Positions 1 through 8,512 of a DNA stretch of 52,791 bases are shown piece by piece. Both the position numbers and the translations under genes were made by a program. A model generated the notes under the pieces. That model was not told the DNA's origin. It searched no databases and worked only from the letters and a program-made list of their open reading frames with translations. Each line of letters starts with the position of its first letter. Position 1 is the stretch's first letter. Source of the stretch: Fibrobacterales bacterium (lineage in GTDB: Bacteria; Fibrobacterota; Fibrobacteria; Fibrobacterales; JAOPTW01); the NCBI GenBank assembly GCA_051532035.1, contig JAOPTW010000025.1:1-52791 (forward strand), written 5' to 3'.

Positions 1-11
1 GAAGGGAACTA

Positions 12-65
12 CTTTTGAAATAGTTATTCCAATTGCATAATCAATTGTAATAACTATTTCAAAAG
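12..65. repeat. Long AT-rich inverted repeat (24-bp arms, 1 mismatch, 6-nt loop)
   Basis: CTTTTGAAATAGTTATTcCAATTG-cataat-CAATTGtAATAACTATTTCAAAAG read directly. Confidence 0.9.
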
Positions 66-230
66 ATGGAAAACCTCGATACGCGCCAACACAACCTAGT
101 GACCAATACATATTTAGCCTTTTTAGCTTACCATAAATTCGTATTTGTTTTCCCCGCTAATACAACATATTTCCAATACATTCTCATCAACATAGTATAC
201 TCTCTTTAAGGCACCTCTGGAGAACGCACA

Positions 231-611
231 ATGAAAAAAATTATGATCGTAGACGACGACATAGATATCATGAACCACCTTTGCTCAATTATTTCTACAG
301 CGGGGTACGAAGTATGCTATGCATACGACGTAGAACAAGCGTTACGAGTAATCGAAGAATCAAAACCCGATATCCTTATCCAAGATATTGTTATGAGCCA
401 ACCCGATGACGGGATAGTATTTGTACAAGAACTCCGTTCAAAAGGGTATTCGCTTCCCATCATAATGCTCAGCAGTATCAATGCGATAACCGGACACACC
501 TATGGAATCGACAACGACCTGCTTCCTGCAGATGCATTTTTAGACAAGCCTATTAAAAGTACCGTCCTTCTTGCTACTATTGAATCACTTCTCTCACAAG
601 AAAAGGACTAA
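231..611 (+). CDS. Single-domain response regulator (CheY-like receiver)
   Basis: KIMIVDDD, PDILIQDIVM (phospho-acceptor Asp), PIIMLSS, FLDKP; GGAG RBS; 2 nt before next ATG. Confidence 0.9.
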   Translation: MKKIMIVDDDIDIMNHLCSIISTAGYEVCYAYDVEQALRVIEESKPDILIQDIVMSQPDDGIVFVQELRSKGYSLPIIMLSSINAITGHTYGIDNDLLPADAFLDKPIKSTVLLATIESLLSQEKD

Positions 612-613
612 TC

Positions 614-2329
614 ATGCGTAGTATCGATACTCGAATTCTCACTCAAGAGATTGAAGCCCTTAAAGAGACTTACAGTAGTGGCCGTGAATCCCTCATGGCA
701 ATTTTTCAAGAACTCCAAGTCAAGTATGGCAATCTCACAGATATTATCATTCAAGAAGTTGCCCACGCCCTGGGAATACACCCTGCCGAAGCCGAGGGGG
801 TTGCAACCTTTTACAGTTTTTATCACACTAAAGGTCAGAGCCATGGTAAAAACATCATTCGCCTCTGCCAAACCATATCCTGTGATATGCAAGGCAAAAG
901 TAACATAGCCCGACAACTTGAAAATGAGTTAGGTATTTCCTTTGGTGAAACTACCAAAGATGGCATGTTTAGTTTAGTCTATACTAACTGCCTGGGCATG
1001 TGTGACCTCGGTCCAGCTGTACTCATAAACGACAAACTCTTTGCTCAAGTAACCACCGATAAAATTGTCGACCTTATTGAGGACTGCAAAAACGACTATG
1101 TGCTCCCACGCTATCCCCACACCAAAAAGTCGAACATTAAAAAACGCGGCCCTATTTTAAACCATGTCGGAGGATCTGCTCGAGGGCTTCAGCGCGCATT
1201 AACTATGAAGCGTTTCCAAGTCATTGCCGAAATAACCAAATCTAAATTGAAAGGACGAGGTGGCGCAGGGTTTCCTACTGGAATAAAATGGCAACTTGCC
1301 GGAGCAGCTCAGGGCCCGGAAAAATATATTGTCTGTAATGCCGATGAAGGAGAACCGGGCACCTTTAAAGATCGTCAACTCCTCTACGAACAGACCGAGC
1401 TTATGCTTGAAGGAATGGCCATTGCCGCCTATACGATAGGGGCACAGATTGGCTTTATTTACCTACGTGGCGAATACCTCTATATGAAAAGTCACATCGA
1501 AGAGATTATCAATACCATGCGTTCAAAAAAACATCTCGGAACTACTATTTTAGGAAGGGAGGGTTTTGATTTTGACGTTTCTGTTAGGCTCGGTGCAGGT
1601 GCCTATGTATGCGGTGAAGAAACAGCCCTTATAGAGTCTATGGAAGGGCGACGGGGTGAACCACTCAATCGTCCTCCCTATCCTGTTGTTGCGGGTTACA
1701 AAAACTGCCCTACGTCAGTAAACAATGTAGAGACCTTTATCAATGCGGCACTCATATGCGAAAATGGGGCTGATTGGTTTACCACCCTCGGAAGCGATGC
1801 CTCTACCGGCACAAAACTATTCAGTGTTTCTGGTGACTGCAACAATCCTGGTATCTATGAACTCTCACTCGGCATCACCATTAAGGATCTTCTCAGGGAA
1901 GTTGGTGGAGAAGGCGCAAAATCGGTTCAAGTAGGCGGAGCTTCGGGCCGTTGTCTTACCAAAACAGATTTTGACACCATTATAGGGTACGAAGGCGTCC
2001 CATCAGGGGGCTCTATTATCATATTTGGGCAGGAAAGAGACATGCTCGATGTTGCAAAAAACTTTATGGAATTTTTTGTCGAAGAGTCCTGTGGCCAGTG
2101 TACTCCCTGCAGAAGTGGTAACCTACGCCTCCTTAAAGGAATAGAAAGTCTAGAACAAGGAACCTGTTCATCTTCACAACTTCGTGAACTCCTAAAACTT
2201 TCTGAATCAATTCAAGTTGCCTCTAAATGTGGCTTAGGTCAAAGCAGCCCCAACGCATTTGTATCAATAATCGAAAACTTTCAGGAAGAAGCCCTCGGAC
2301 GCCCTAGAACCCAAACAGAGGATGTATAA
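614..2329 (+). CDS. hydB: NADH-binding hydrogenase subunit, NuoE/HydC-NuoF/HydB fusion
   Basis: N-terminal NuoE-like [2Fe-2S] domain (CQTISC...CLGMC), GRGGAGFPTG, NADEGEPGTFKDR, GAGAYVCGEETAL, ESCGQCTPCR and CGLG [4Fe-4S] site. Confidence 0.9.
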   Translation: MRSIDTRILTQEIEALKETYSSGRESLMAIFQELQVKYGNLTDIIIQEVAHALGIHPAEAEGVATFYSFYHTKGQSHGKNIIRLCQTISCDMQGKSNIARQLENELGISFGETTKDGMFSLVYTNCLGMCDLGPAVLINDKLFAQVTTDKIVDLIEDCKNDYVLPRYPHTKKSNIKKRGPILNHVGGSARGLQRALTMKRFQVIAEITKSKLKGRGGAGFPTGIKWQLAGAAQGPEKYIVCNADEGEPGTFKDRQLLYEQTELMLEGMAIAAYTIGAQIGFIYLRGEYLYMKSHIEEIINTMRSKKHLGTTILGREGFDFDVSVRLGAGAYVCGEETALIESMEGRRGEPLNRPPYPVVAGYKNCPTSVNNVETFINAALICENGADWFTTLGSDASTGTKLFSVSGDCNNPGIYELSLGITIKDLLREVGGEGAKSVQVGGASGRCLTKTDFDTIIGYEGVPSGGSIIIFGQERDMLDVAKNFMEFFVEESCGQCTPCRSGNLRLLKGIESLEQGTCSSSQLRELLKLSESIQVASKCGLGQSSPNAFVSIIENFQEEALGRPRTQTEDV

Positions 2330-2330
2330 C

Positions 2331-4181
2331 ATGTCAGACGAAATCCTAGCCACAGTGAAAATTTCAATTGATGACTTCAACCTCGAAGTCCCCTTTGGCA
2401 CTACCATCCTCGAAGCCACTCGTATGGTTGGTATCGACATCCCCACCCTCTGTTATCATGAAGACCTCTGTATTAGTGGAGTGTGTCGCATTTGTGTTGT
2501 AGAAGTCGAAGGAATGCCACTCCTGCAAGCTTCGTGCGCCTACCCCATTCATCAACCAATTAAAGTATTGACCCACACTCGTAAAGTACGACAAGCACGA
2601 CGACATGTAGTAGACCTCATGCTTGCCGATCATGTGGGTGAGTGTTACTCCTGCGTAAGTAAACGTACCTGTGAACTGAGACAACTCGCCGATGACTATG
2701 GCGTTGAGCACTACCCTTTTGATCACGACAACAAGCCCATACACGGCACCGATGACTCCAGTTACTCCATCGTACGTGATATGGATAAATGTATCATGTG
2801 CCGTCGCTGTATACGCACCTGCGTCGACCTACAAGAGGTAGGAGTCTACGAAGCATACGGTAAAGGCGCCGATACCTATATCGGTATTTTTGGCGACAAA
2901 CCCATGGGTGAAGTGGTATGCATAAACTGTGGTCAATGTGTCAATCGTTGCCCTACAGGAGCACTCCACGCCAAAGACCCTAGAGCGATGATATGGGATG
3001 CCATTGATGACCCTCAAAAGCATGTAGTTATTCAAACAGCCCCCGCCCCGCGATCGGCAATTGGCGAGTGTTTTGGTCAAGAGCCTGGAAAAGCCCTTAC
3101 TCTAGAACTCAATACCGCACTCCGTGAGTGCGGGTTTGACAAAGTGTTTGACACCAATTTTTCGGCCGACCTCACCATTATGGAAGAGGGGAGCGAACTC
3201 ATTGGGAGACTCTACAAAGCCCTTGTGAAAAAAGAACCTGTAGCCCTCCCCCAATACACCTCCTGCTCACCAGGGTGGGTTAAATACCTCGAACATTTCT
3301 ATCCCGATATGATCCCCAATCTTTCGAGCGCTAAAAGCCCTCAACAAATGTTTGGCTCTGTCATAAAAACCTATTATGCTGAAAAACACAACATCGATCC
3401 TCGTAATGTCGTATCTGTTGCACTCATGCCCTGCTCTGCAAAAAAGTTTGAGTGCAATCGTCCCGAAATGAAAGACTCAGGATTAAAAGATGTTGATTTT
3501 GGGTTGACTACTCGCGAAATGGCGCAGATGATTAAAGAAGCGGGGATCGATCTTCCAAAAATGAATCAGTCGGGCTATGACGACCCTTTTGGAGATTGTG
3601 CTACCGGCTCTGGAGTCATATTTGGTGCCTCTGGTGGGGTTATGGAATCGGCAATACGCACTCTCTTCGACCTCGTGACTGGCTCAAAGATTGAAAACCT
3701 TTTTGATGGTGCCAATATTATTCCTGTGCGGGGCTTCAAAGAAGTAAAATACGCCGAGCTCACCATCGATACCGTAGGACCCGTTCCTGATATGCTCAAA
3801 CATCTCGTACCCGATTTTGAATGGCTTAAAGGAGTAACCCTTAAAGTTGCAGTAACCCATGGTACTGCAAATGCAAAAAAAGTACTCGACGACATTGCCG
3901 CGGGCGGAACCTTTAGTCAGTGCCATTTTATTGAGTTTATGGCGTGCCCTGGGGGGTGCCTCGGTGGTGGAGGCATGCCTAAACCAACGAGTGCCACCAT
4001 CCGCGCTGCTCGTGCCGAGGCTATTTATAGAGAAGACACCTCAAGTACCATTCGAAAATCCTACGAAAATCCAGCAGTAATCGAACTCTACAGTAAGTTC
4101 CTCCCTGGGGGGCCCTGTAGTAGTAAAAGCCATAAGCTGCTCCATACCCATTATGAAAATCGAGGAAAAAAAATGGTGTAA
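2331..4181 (+). CDS. hydA: [FeFe]-hydrogenase catalytic subunit (group A, multimeric NADH-linked)
   Basis: H-cluster motifs TSCSPGW, MPCSAKKFE, EFMACPGGCLGGGG; N-terminal [2Fe-2S], His-ligated [4Fe-4S] and 2x[4Fe-4S]; start set at ATG 2331 after AGAGGA. Confidence 0.95.
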   Translation: MSDEILATVKISIDDFNLEVPFGTTILEATRMVGIDIPTLCYHEDLCISGVCRICVVEVEGMPLLQASCAYPIHQPIKVLTHTRKVRQARRHVVDLMLADHVGECYSCVSKRTCELRQLADDYGVEHYPFDHDNKPIHGTDDSSYSIVRDMDKCIMCRRCIRTCVDLQEVGVYEAYGKGADTYIGIFGDKPMGEVVCINCGQCVNRCPTGALHAKDPRAMIWDAIDDPQKHVVIQTAPAPRSAIGECFGQEPGKALTLELNTALRECGFDKVFDTNFSADLTIMEEGSELIGRLYKALVKKEPVALPQYTSCSPGWVKYLEHFYPDMIPNLSSAKSPQQMFGSVIKTYYAEKHNIDPRNVVSVALMPCSAKKFECNRPEMKDSGLKDVDFGLTTREMAQMIKEAGIDLPKMNQSGYDDPFGDCATGSGVIFGASGGVMESAIRTLFDLVTGSKIENLFDGANIIPVRGFKEVKYAELTIDTVGPVPDMLKHLVPDFEWLKGVTLKVAVTHGTANAKKVLDDIAAGGTFSQCHFIEFMACPGGCLGGGGMPKPTSATIRAARAEAIYREDTSSTIRKSYENPAVIELYSKFLPGGPCSSKSHKLLHTHYENRGKKMV

Positions 4182-4207
4182 TAAGATTCAACAATTTGAT
4201 ACACGCG

Positions 4208-4235
4208 AGTAAAGTGGCTTAACCGTCACTTTACT
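4208..4235 (+). terminator. Hairpin after hydA (possible terminator, weak U-tract)
   Basis: AGTAAAGTGGC-TTAACC-GTCACTTTACT. Confidence 0.5.
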
Positions 4236-4289
4236 TCCCCTCCTCCCTCACAATAACGTATGTTTCATTACTCAAATAGAGGAGATACT

Positions 4290-4901
4290 ATGACACAAGA
4301 GCATTGGAACACCATTTTTAGTAACACCAGTCAAGAGCAACTTGGGTGGTTCGAAAGTGAAGTATCACAAACTTTTTCACTCCTCGATCGTATCCCAAAT
4401 CTCAAGGAAAAGCATGTCTTTGTTGCGGGAGTCGGTACCTCAATTCTTGCTGAATCTCTTATAGGTAAAACAGCGGTACTTACATTAAATGACCTGAGTG
4501 ACAAAGCACTCACATTACTCAAACAACGATTACCAGAGAACACACAACCAATTGAGTGGGTTGCCGGGGATATCAGTACACGGCTTTCCATCGATCTTGA
4601 AAGTATCGATGTCTGGGTAGATCGAGCAGTCCTGCACTTCTTAACTGAAGAGAGAGATATTGACGCCTACTTTGCACAGCTCAGACAATCGCTCCACCAC
4701 AAAGGCTATGTACTTATTGCTGAATTCTCTGATACCGGTGCTCCAAAGTGCGCCGGCCTTGAAGTACATCGCTACACAGAGGATGAGATAAGCCATAGAC
4801 TCGGCTCTCAATTTACTTTGATTCACGCTGAGTCCTATACTTTTACCAATCCTAATGGAGATGCGCGCCCCTATATCTATACGTTATATCAAAAAGGGTA
4901 A
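4290..4901 (+). CDS. Class I SAM-dependent methyltransferase
   Basis: HWNTIF, VAGVGTS glycine motif, DLSDKAL, DVWVDRAVLHFL, GAPKCAGL; AGGAG RBS before ATG 4290. Confidence 0.85.
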   Translation: MTQEHWNTIFSNTSQEQLGWFESEVSQTFSLLDRIPNLKEKHVFVAGVGTSILAESLIGKTAVLTLNDLSDKALTLLKQRLPENTQPIEWVAGDISTRLSIDLESIDVWVDRAVLHFLTEERDIDAYFAQLRQSLHHKGYVLIAEFSDTGAPKCAGLEVHRYTEDEISHRLGSQFTLIHAESYTFTNPNGDARPYIYTLYQKG

Positions 4902-4965
4902 AGCTGTCCTACCATACTCATACACAGTAACCCAAATACAGTCACCCCAGTGATTCTGTAGCAGA

Positions 4966-7254
4966 TTACTCCATAGTCTCAATCTTCAATGTCGTTTTAT
5001 TCGTTTTATAATCAACAACATCATCACCAAACGCCATAAAGACGTTCCCATTTGATAAGGATTCGAAGGATACCGCACCAACTGCTGCACTTTTAAAGTC
5101 AACGGAATCAACACCATTCATCTGAATTAACGAACCTGATGCTGAATATTTTCGATAGCAACCAAAATATGAACGTGAAGCATTACTATAGCCCAAGATA
5201 AAGTTACCATCATCAAGTTCTACCAAAGAACTATTATTAGACGCATTAGATTGGTCATAAACAATAGGAGAAGTTTCGTTTACTCCTGCATTAGAAAAAA
5301 GTTGTATTACCCCTTTATACCCATCAATAGAATTACGATAGGCGATTACAAATTTTCCATTAAGAGACTCTATGGCCATTGAATGCATATAAGAAGACAA
5401 TGACGTCTCTTCCTTTACAACAGCACCTGACATTGGGTTGACAATTGTATACCTACCTTGATAAGACACCTGATTATATCCAACCTGTACTGAATAAAAA
5501 ACAACAAGATTCCCGTCACTAAGTTCCTCGACAGCAAGCAGAATAGCTCCACGGCCTCCAGCATTTATAGGAGTTCCATCCATAGCGCCCTCACTAGTAT
5601 ATTTTTGTACTACTATCTCTTCTCCAGACACCATGTATGCGATAGCAAAACCCCCAGCAGCACACTCTGTTACCAACGAAGTATAAGCATCTCCATTACC
5701 AATTTTTGTAGCCAGTTTCGTATATTTACCATTTGAAGTAGATACTACAAATTCTCCATAGCCAGATGAAGGCTTATAGACCGCTACAAAATCACCATCT
5801 CCTATTGGAGCAAGGTCTATATATTCGATAGTATTGTATAATAAATTAACGTTTTTTCTTTTTTCAACTCCATACTCTGTATAAATAGAGAACTCACTAT
5901 TATCACCATTCTCATAAGCAACGACTACATCATTACTGCGTAACACTGCTGTTGCTAATCTCCGTGCCACACCACTTGCTACAGTAATTTCTCCAATATT
6001 CACCCCAACAGATACCGCTCCTACCAATCCCCCATCGTCACTCGTTACAGAAACTATGGCCTTTCCAACGCCTGCACTCGTAATAAGGCCATTACTGTTC
6101 ACCGTAACAACGTCCGTATTACTACTTCTCAATGTCACCTTTTTATTCGTCGCATTGTATGGCTCAAGCCTATATGAAATAGACTTATTCTCATTCAACG
6201 TCATAAAATTTTCATTTGCACCACTCGTAATAACCACCGCACTCACAGGAAACACCTCAACATCCCAGTGTGCACTAAGCGTGATATTTTCACTCACACT
6301 ATTTTCATTAAAATCCCATTCTGTATCAGTACCCCCTACAAACCAGCCCGAAAACAGGTATTCTTTTCGTGTGGGGTTTGTTGGTTGAACTGCTTTTTGT
6401 CCCTCTTCTACCTCTATTGCATCGACTGCTGACCCCTCTTTTGAGTCAAAGGTTACCGTAAACAATTCGAGTACTTCAGAAGAAGAAACCGAGGACGACG
6501 ACAGGATACTACTTGATGATTCCCGTGATGAAGATGAGATATCAATGATCCCTATACTTGAGCTACTCATCTCAACATCCGATGAACTTACTGAATCCCC
6601 ATCACCTGTATCTTCTGAGCTATTCTCGTAATAATTTATAACCGTCACCTCAACCGTATCAAAGAGACTATGATACCCATCATCAGCTTGAGTAATAACC
6701 AAATATTCACCGACGTCACTATAGGTGTGTTCATATGTATCACCAAAATCATCGTCATCGTCAAAGCTATAAGAGTACTCTACTCGTTTTGAATCATCAT
6801 CAAAAACAACAATATGAGCGACATATTTTTCGCCAACAAAGAGGGTTGTATCATTTCCCGTAAAAAAAGTGCTCGCCTTGGTATCTGGAACAGTGACTAA
6901 GGTCTCTGGCTGTTGTAATGTTATTGTTTCACTATTACGGGCAACAATTTCACCATTTCTATAACAGATATAATTTATGGCAACTTTTTTATTTTTCGGA
7001 ATATCAAAAGTAAGAGTGACCTTCGCATCGCCCCGTATATCACCAACGCCTTCTTCCTCTTCAGTCTCACCATCATATACAATAGAAGCATAGATTGAAT
7101 CAACCTCTATTGCCCCAAGAATTATCTCAACATCAAGACCAACGCTTTCGATTGATGCTTCAGTCTCTTTTTTATTCTCTGTATGAGTAGATTCTATGCA
7201 TGCTCCCAAAAGTAGCACCGCGACAATCATAGTCGCTTTGATAATATTCATCAT
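4966..7254 (-). CDS. Surface lipoprotein: PKD-like domain, Ser-rich linker, InlB B-repeat/Listeria-Bacteroides repeat, Big_2 Ig-like domain, beta-rich C-terminus
   Basis: Lipobox LLLGAC; VTFDSKEGS...PTNPTRKEYLFSGWF repeat; PYNATNKKVT..SSNTDVVTVNSNG Big_2 motif; start moved to MMNII. Confidence 0.75.
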   Translation of the reverse strand: MMNIIKATMIVAVLLLGACIESTHTENKKETEASIESVGLDVEIILGAIEVDSIYASIVYDGETEEEEGVGDIRGDAKVTLTFDIPKNKKVAINYICYRNGEIVARNSETITLQQPETLVTVPDTKASTFFTGNDTTLFVGEKYVAHIVVFDDDSKRVEYSYSFDDDDDFGDTYEHTYSDVGEYLVITQADDGYHSLFDTVEVTVINYYENSSEDTGDGDSVSSSDVEMSSSSIGIIDISSSSRESSSSILSSSSVSSSEVLELFTVTFDSKEGSAVDAIEVEEGQKAVQPTNPTRKEYLFSGWFVGGTDTEWDFNENSVSENITLSAHWDVEVFPVSAVVITSGANENFMTLNENKSISYRLEPYNATNKKVTLRSSNTDVVTVNSNGLITSAGVGKAIVSVTSDDGGLVGAVSVGVNIGEITVASGVARRLATAVLRSNDVVVAYENGDNSEFSIYTEYGVEKRKNVNLLYNTIEYIDLAPIGDGDFVAVYKPSSGYGEFVVSTSNGKYTKLATKIGNGDAYTSLVTECAAGGFAIAYMVSGEEIVVQKYTSEGAMDGTPINAGGRGAILLAVEELSDGNLVVFYSVQVGYNQVSYQGRYTIVNPMSGAVVKEETSLSSYMHSMAIESLNGKFVIAYRNSIDGYKGVIQLFSNAGVNETSPIVYDQSNASNNSSLVELDDGNFILGYSNASRSYFGCYRKYSASGSLIQMNGVDSVDFKSAAVGAVSFESLSNGNVFMAFGDDVVDYKTNKTTLKIETME

Positions 7255-7540
7255 AAACCCTCGTAAAGATGTGTCCCTGTAAGTAAGGGCAAATGTAGAA
7301 ATTTGAACTCTCATTCACTATTCCCTAATCAAATGTTTACAGAAGAACCATCACTCAGCCTGTTATTTTATAACAGACTGAGTACTAGCCACTACCTAAG
7401 CTCCGGGGTTATAATCTAACAGCGCCCTTCACATAGAACATACCATCTTTATAATACAACAGTGTAAGTATCGAGCCTTATCTACTCAAAAACATAGAGA
7501 GTTACCTATTTTATAGCCATCCTCTTTGCAGAATCTATCA

Positions 7541-8344
7541 ATGGAACATACACAACAAAAACGTATCACTATTATCGGCAGTGGCTGGCTTGGACTCCCG
7601 CTTATAGCACAGTGTGTTGAAAAAGGGCACACAGTAAAGGCAACAACCACCTCTCCTCATCGCATCGCCACTATATCCGCAGTAGGTGCAGAAGCTTTTC
7701 TCTTTGACATAGCCCTCCCTGAACAGCATGATGCATCGCTCTTTCAGAGTGACGTATTGATCATCAACATTCCAGCAAAAAACATTACCGCCTTCAAAAG
7801 CCTTATCACACTCATAGAAGCCTCTTCTATACAATCGGTCTTACTCGTCAGTTCAACATCAGTGTATCAGGCAACCAACAGCACCGTAACAGAAAATGCG
7901 CCTACGGCATCAAACACACCACTGATAATGATTGAAAAAATGTTTGCTGAATCTCAACACTTTCAAACCACCATACTTCGTTTTGCCGGATTAATTGGTC
8001 CTCAGCGACATCCCGGAAGGTTTTTCTCTACAGGAAAATCAATCAATAATCCCAGTGCACCAGTTAACCTCATTCACCGTGATGACTGCCTAGGAATCAT
8101 TAACGCCATAGTTACCCATGACGCATGGGGTGAAGTTTTTAATGGCTGCGCAGAGTCACACCCCTCAAAGATTGAATTTTATAGTAAAGCCGCTCAACAA
8201 CTCAATCACCCAGAACCGCTCACTACCCCCAACAGTAATGCTCCGTATAAAAGAGTGGACGGCTCAAAGATATCACACACTCTGGGCTACCACTACAAAT
8301 ACCCCAACTGTATGGAATCACTCGACAGCATCACCCCATACTAA
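7541..8344 (+). CDS. NAD(P)-dependent epimerase/atypical SDR (YeeZ-like)
   Basis: IIGSGWLG Rossmann motif, SSTSVY, LRFAGLIGP, VNLIHRDD. Confidence 0.85.
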   Translation: MEHTQQKRITIIGSGWLGLPLIAQCVEKGHTVKATTTSPHRIATISAVGAEAFLFDIALPEQHDASLFQSDVLIINIPAKNITAFKSLITLIEASSIQSVLLVSSTSVYQATNSTVTENAPTASNTPLIMIEKMFAESQHFQTTILRFAGLIGPQRHPGRFFSTGKSINNPSAPVNLIHRDDCLGIINAIVTHDAWGEVFNGCAESHPSKIEFYSKAAQQLNHPEPLTTPNSNAPYKRVDGSKISHTLGYHYKYPNCMESLDSITPY

Positions 8345-8512
8345 AAAGCATTTTTCAGTAGCATTGTAAATTATCCAGCACTGCAAAGCGCCTGTACTTC
8401 CGCAGGTAGAACAAGAATATATCTTTTTAACAACAGAAATATCCCCTATACGATATACGCTTACCTATAAAATTGATACATTTGGCCTTTTCACACATAC
8501 GAAAGAGACACT

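Noticed and set aside
614..2329. Respiratory complex I nuoEF
   Set aside because: Adjacent to an H-cluster hydrogenase and no other nuo genes are present
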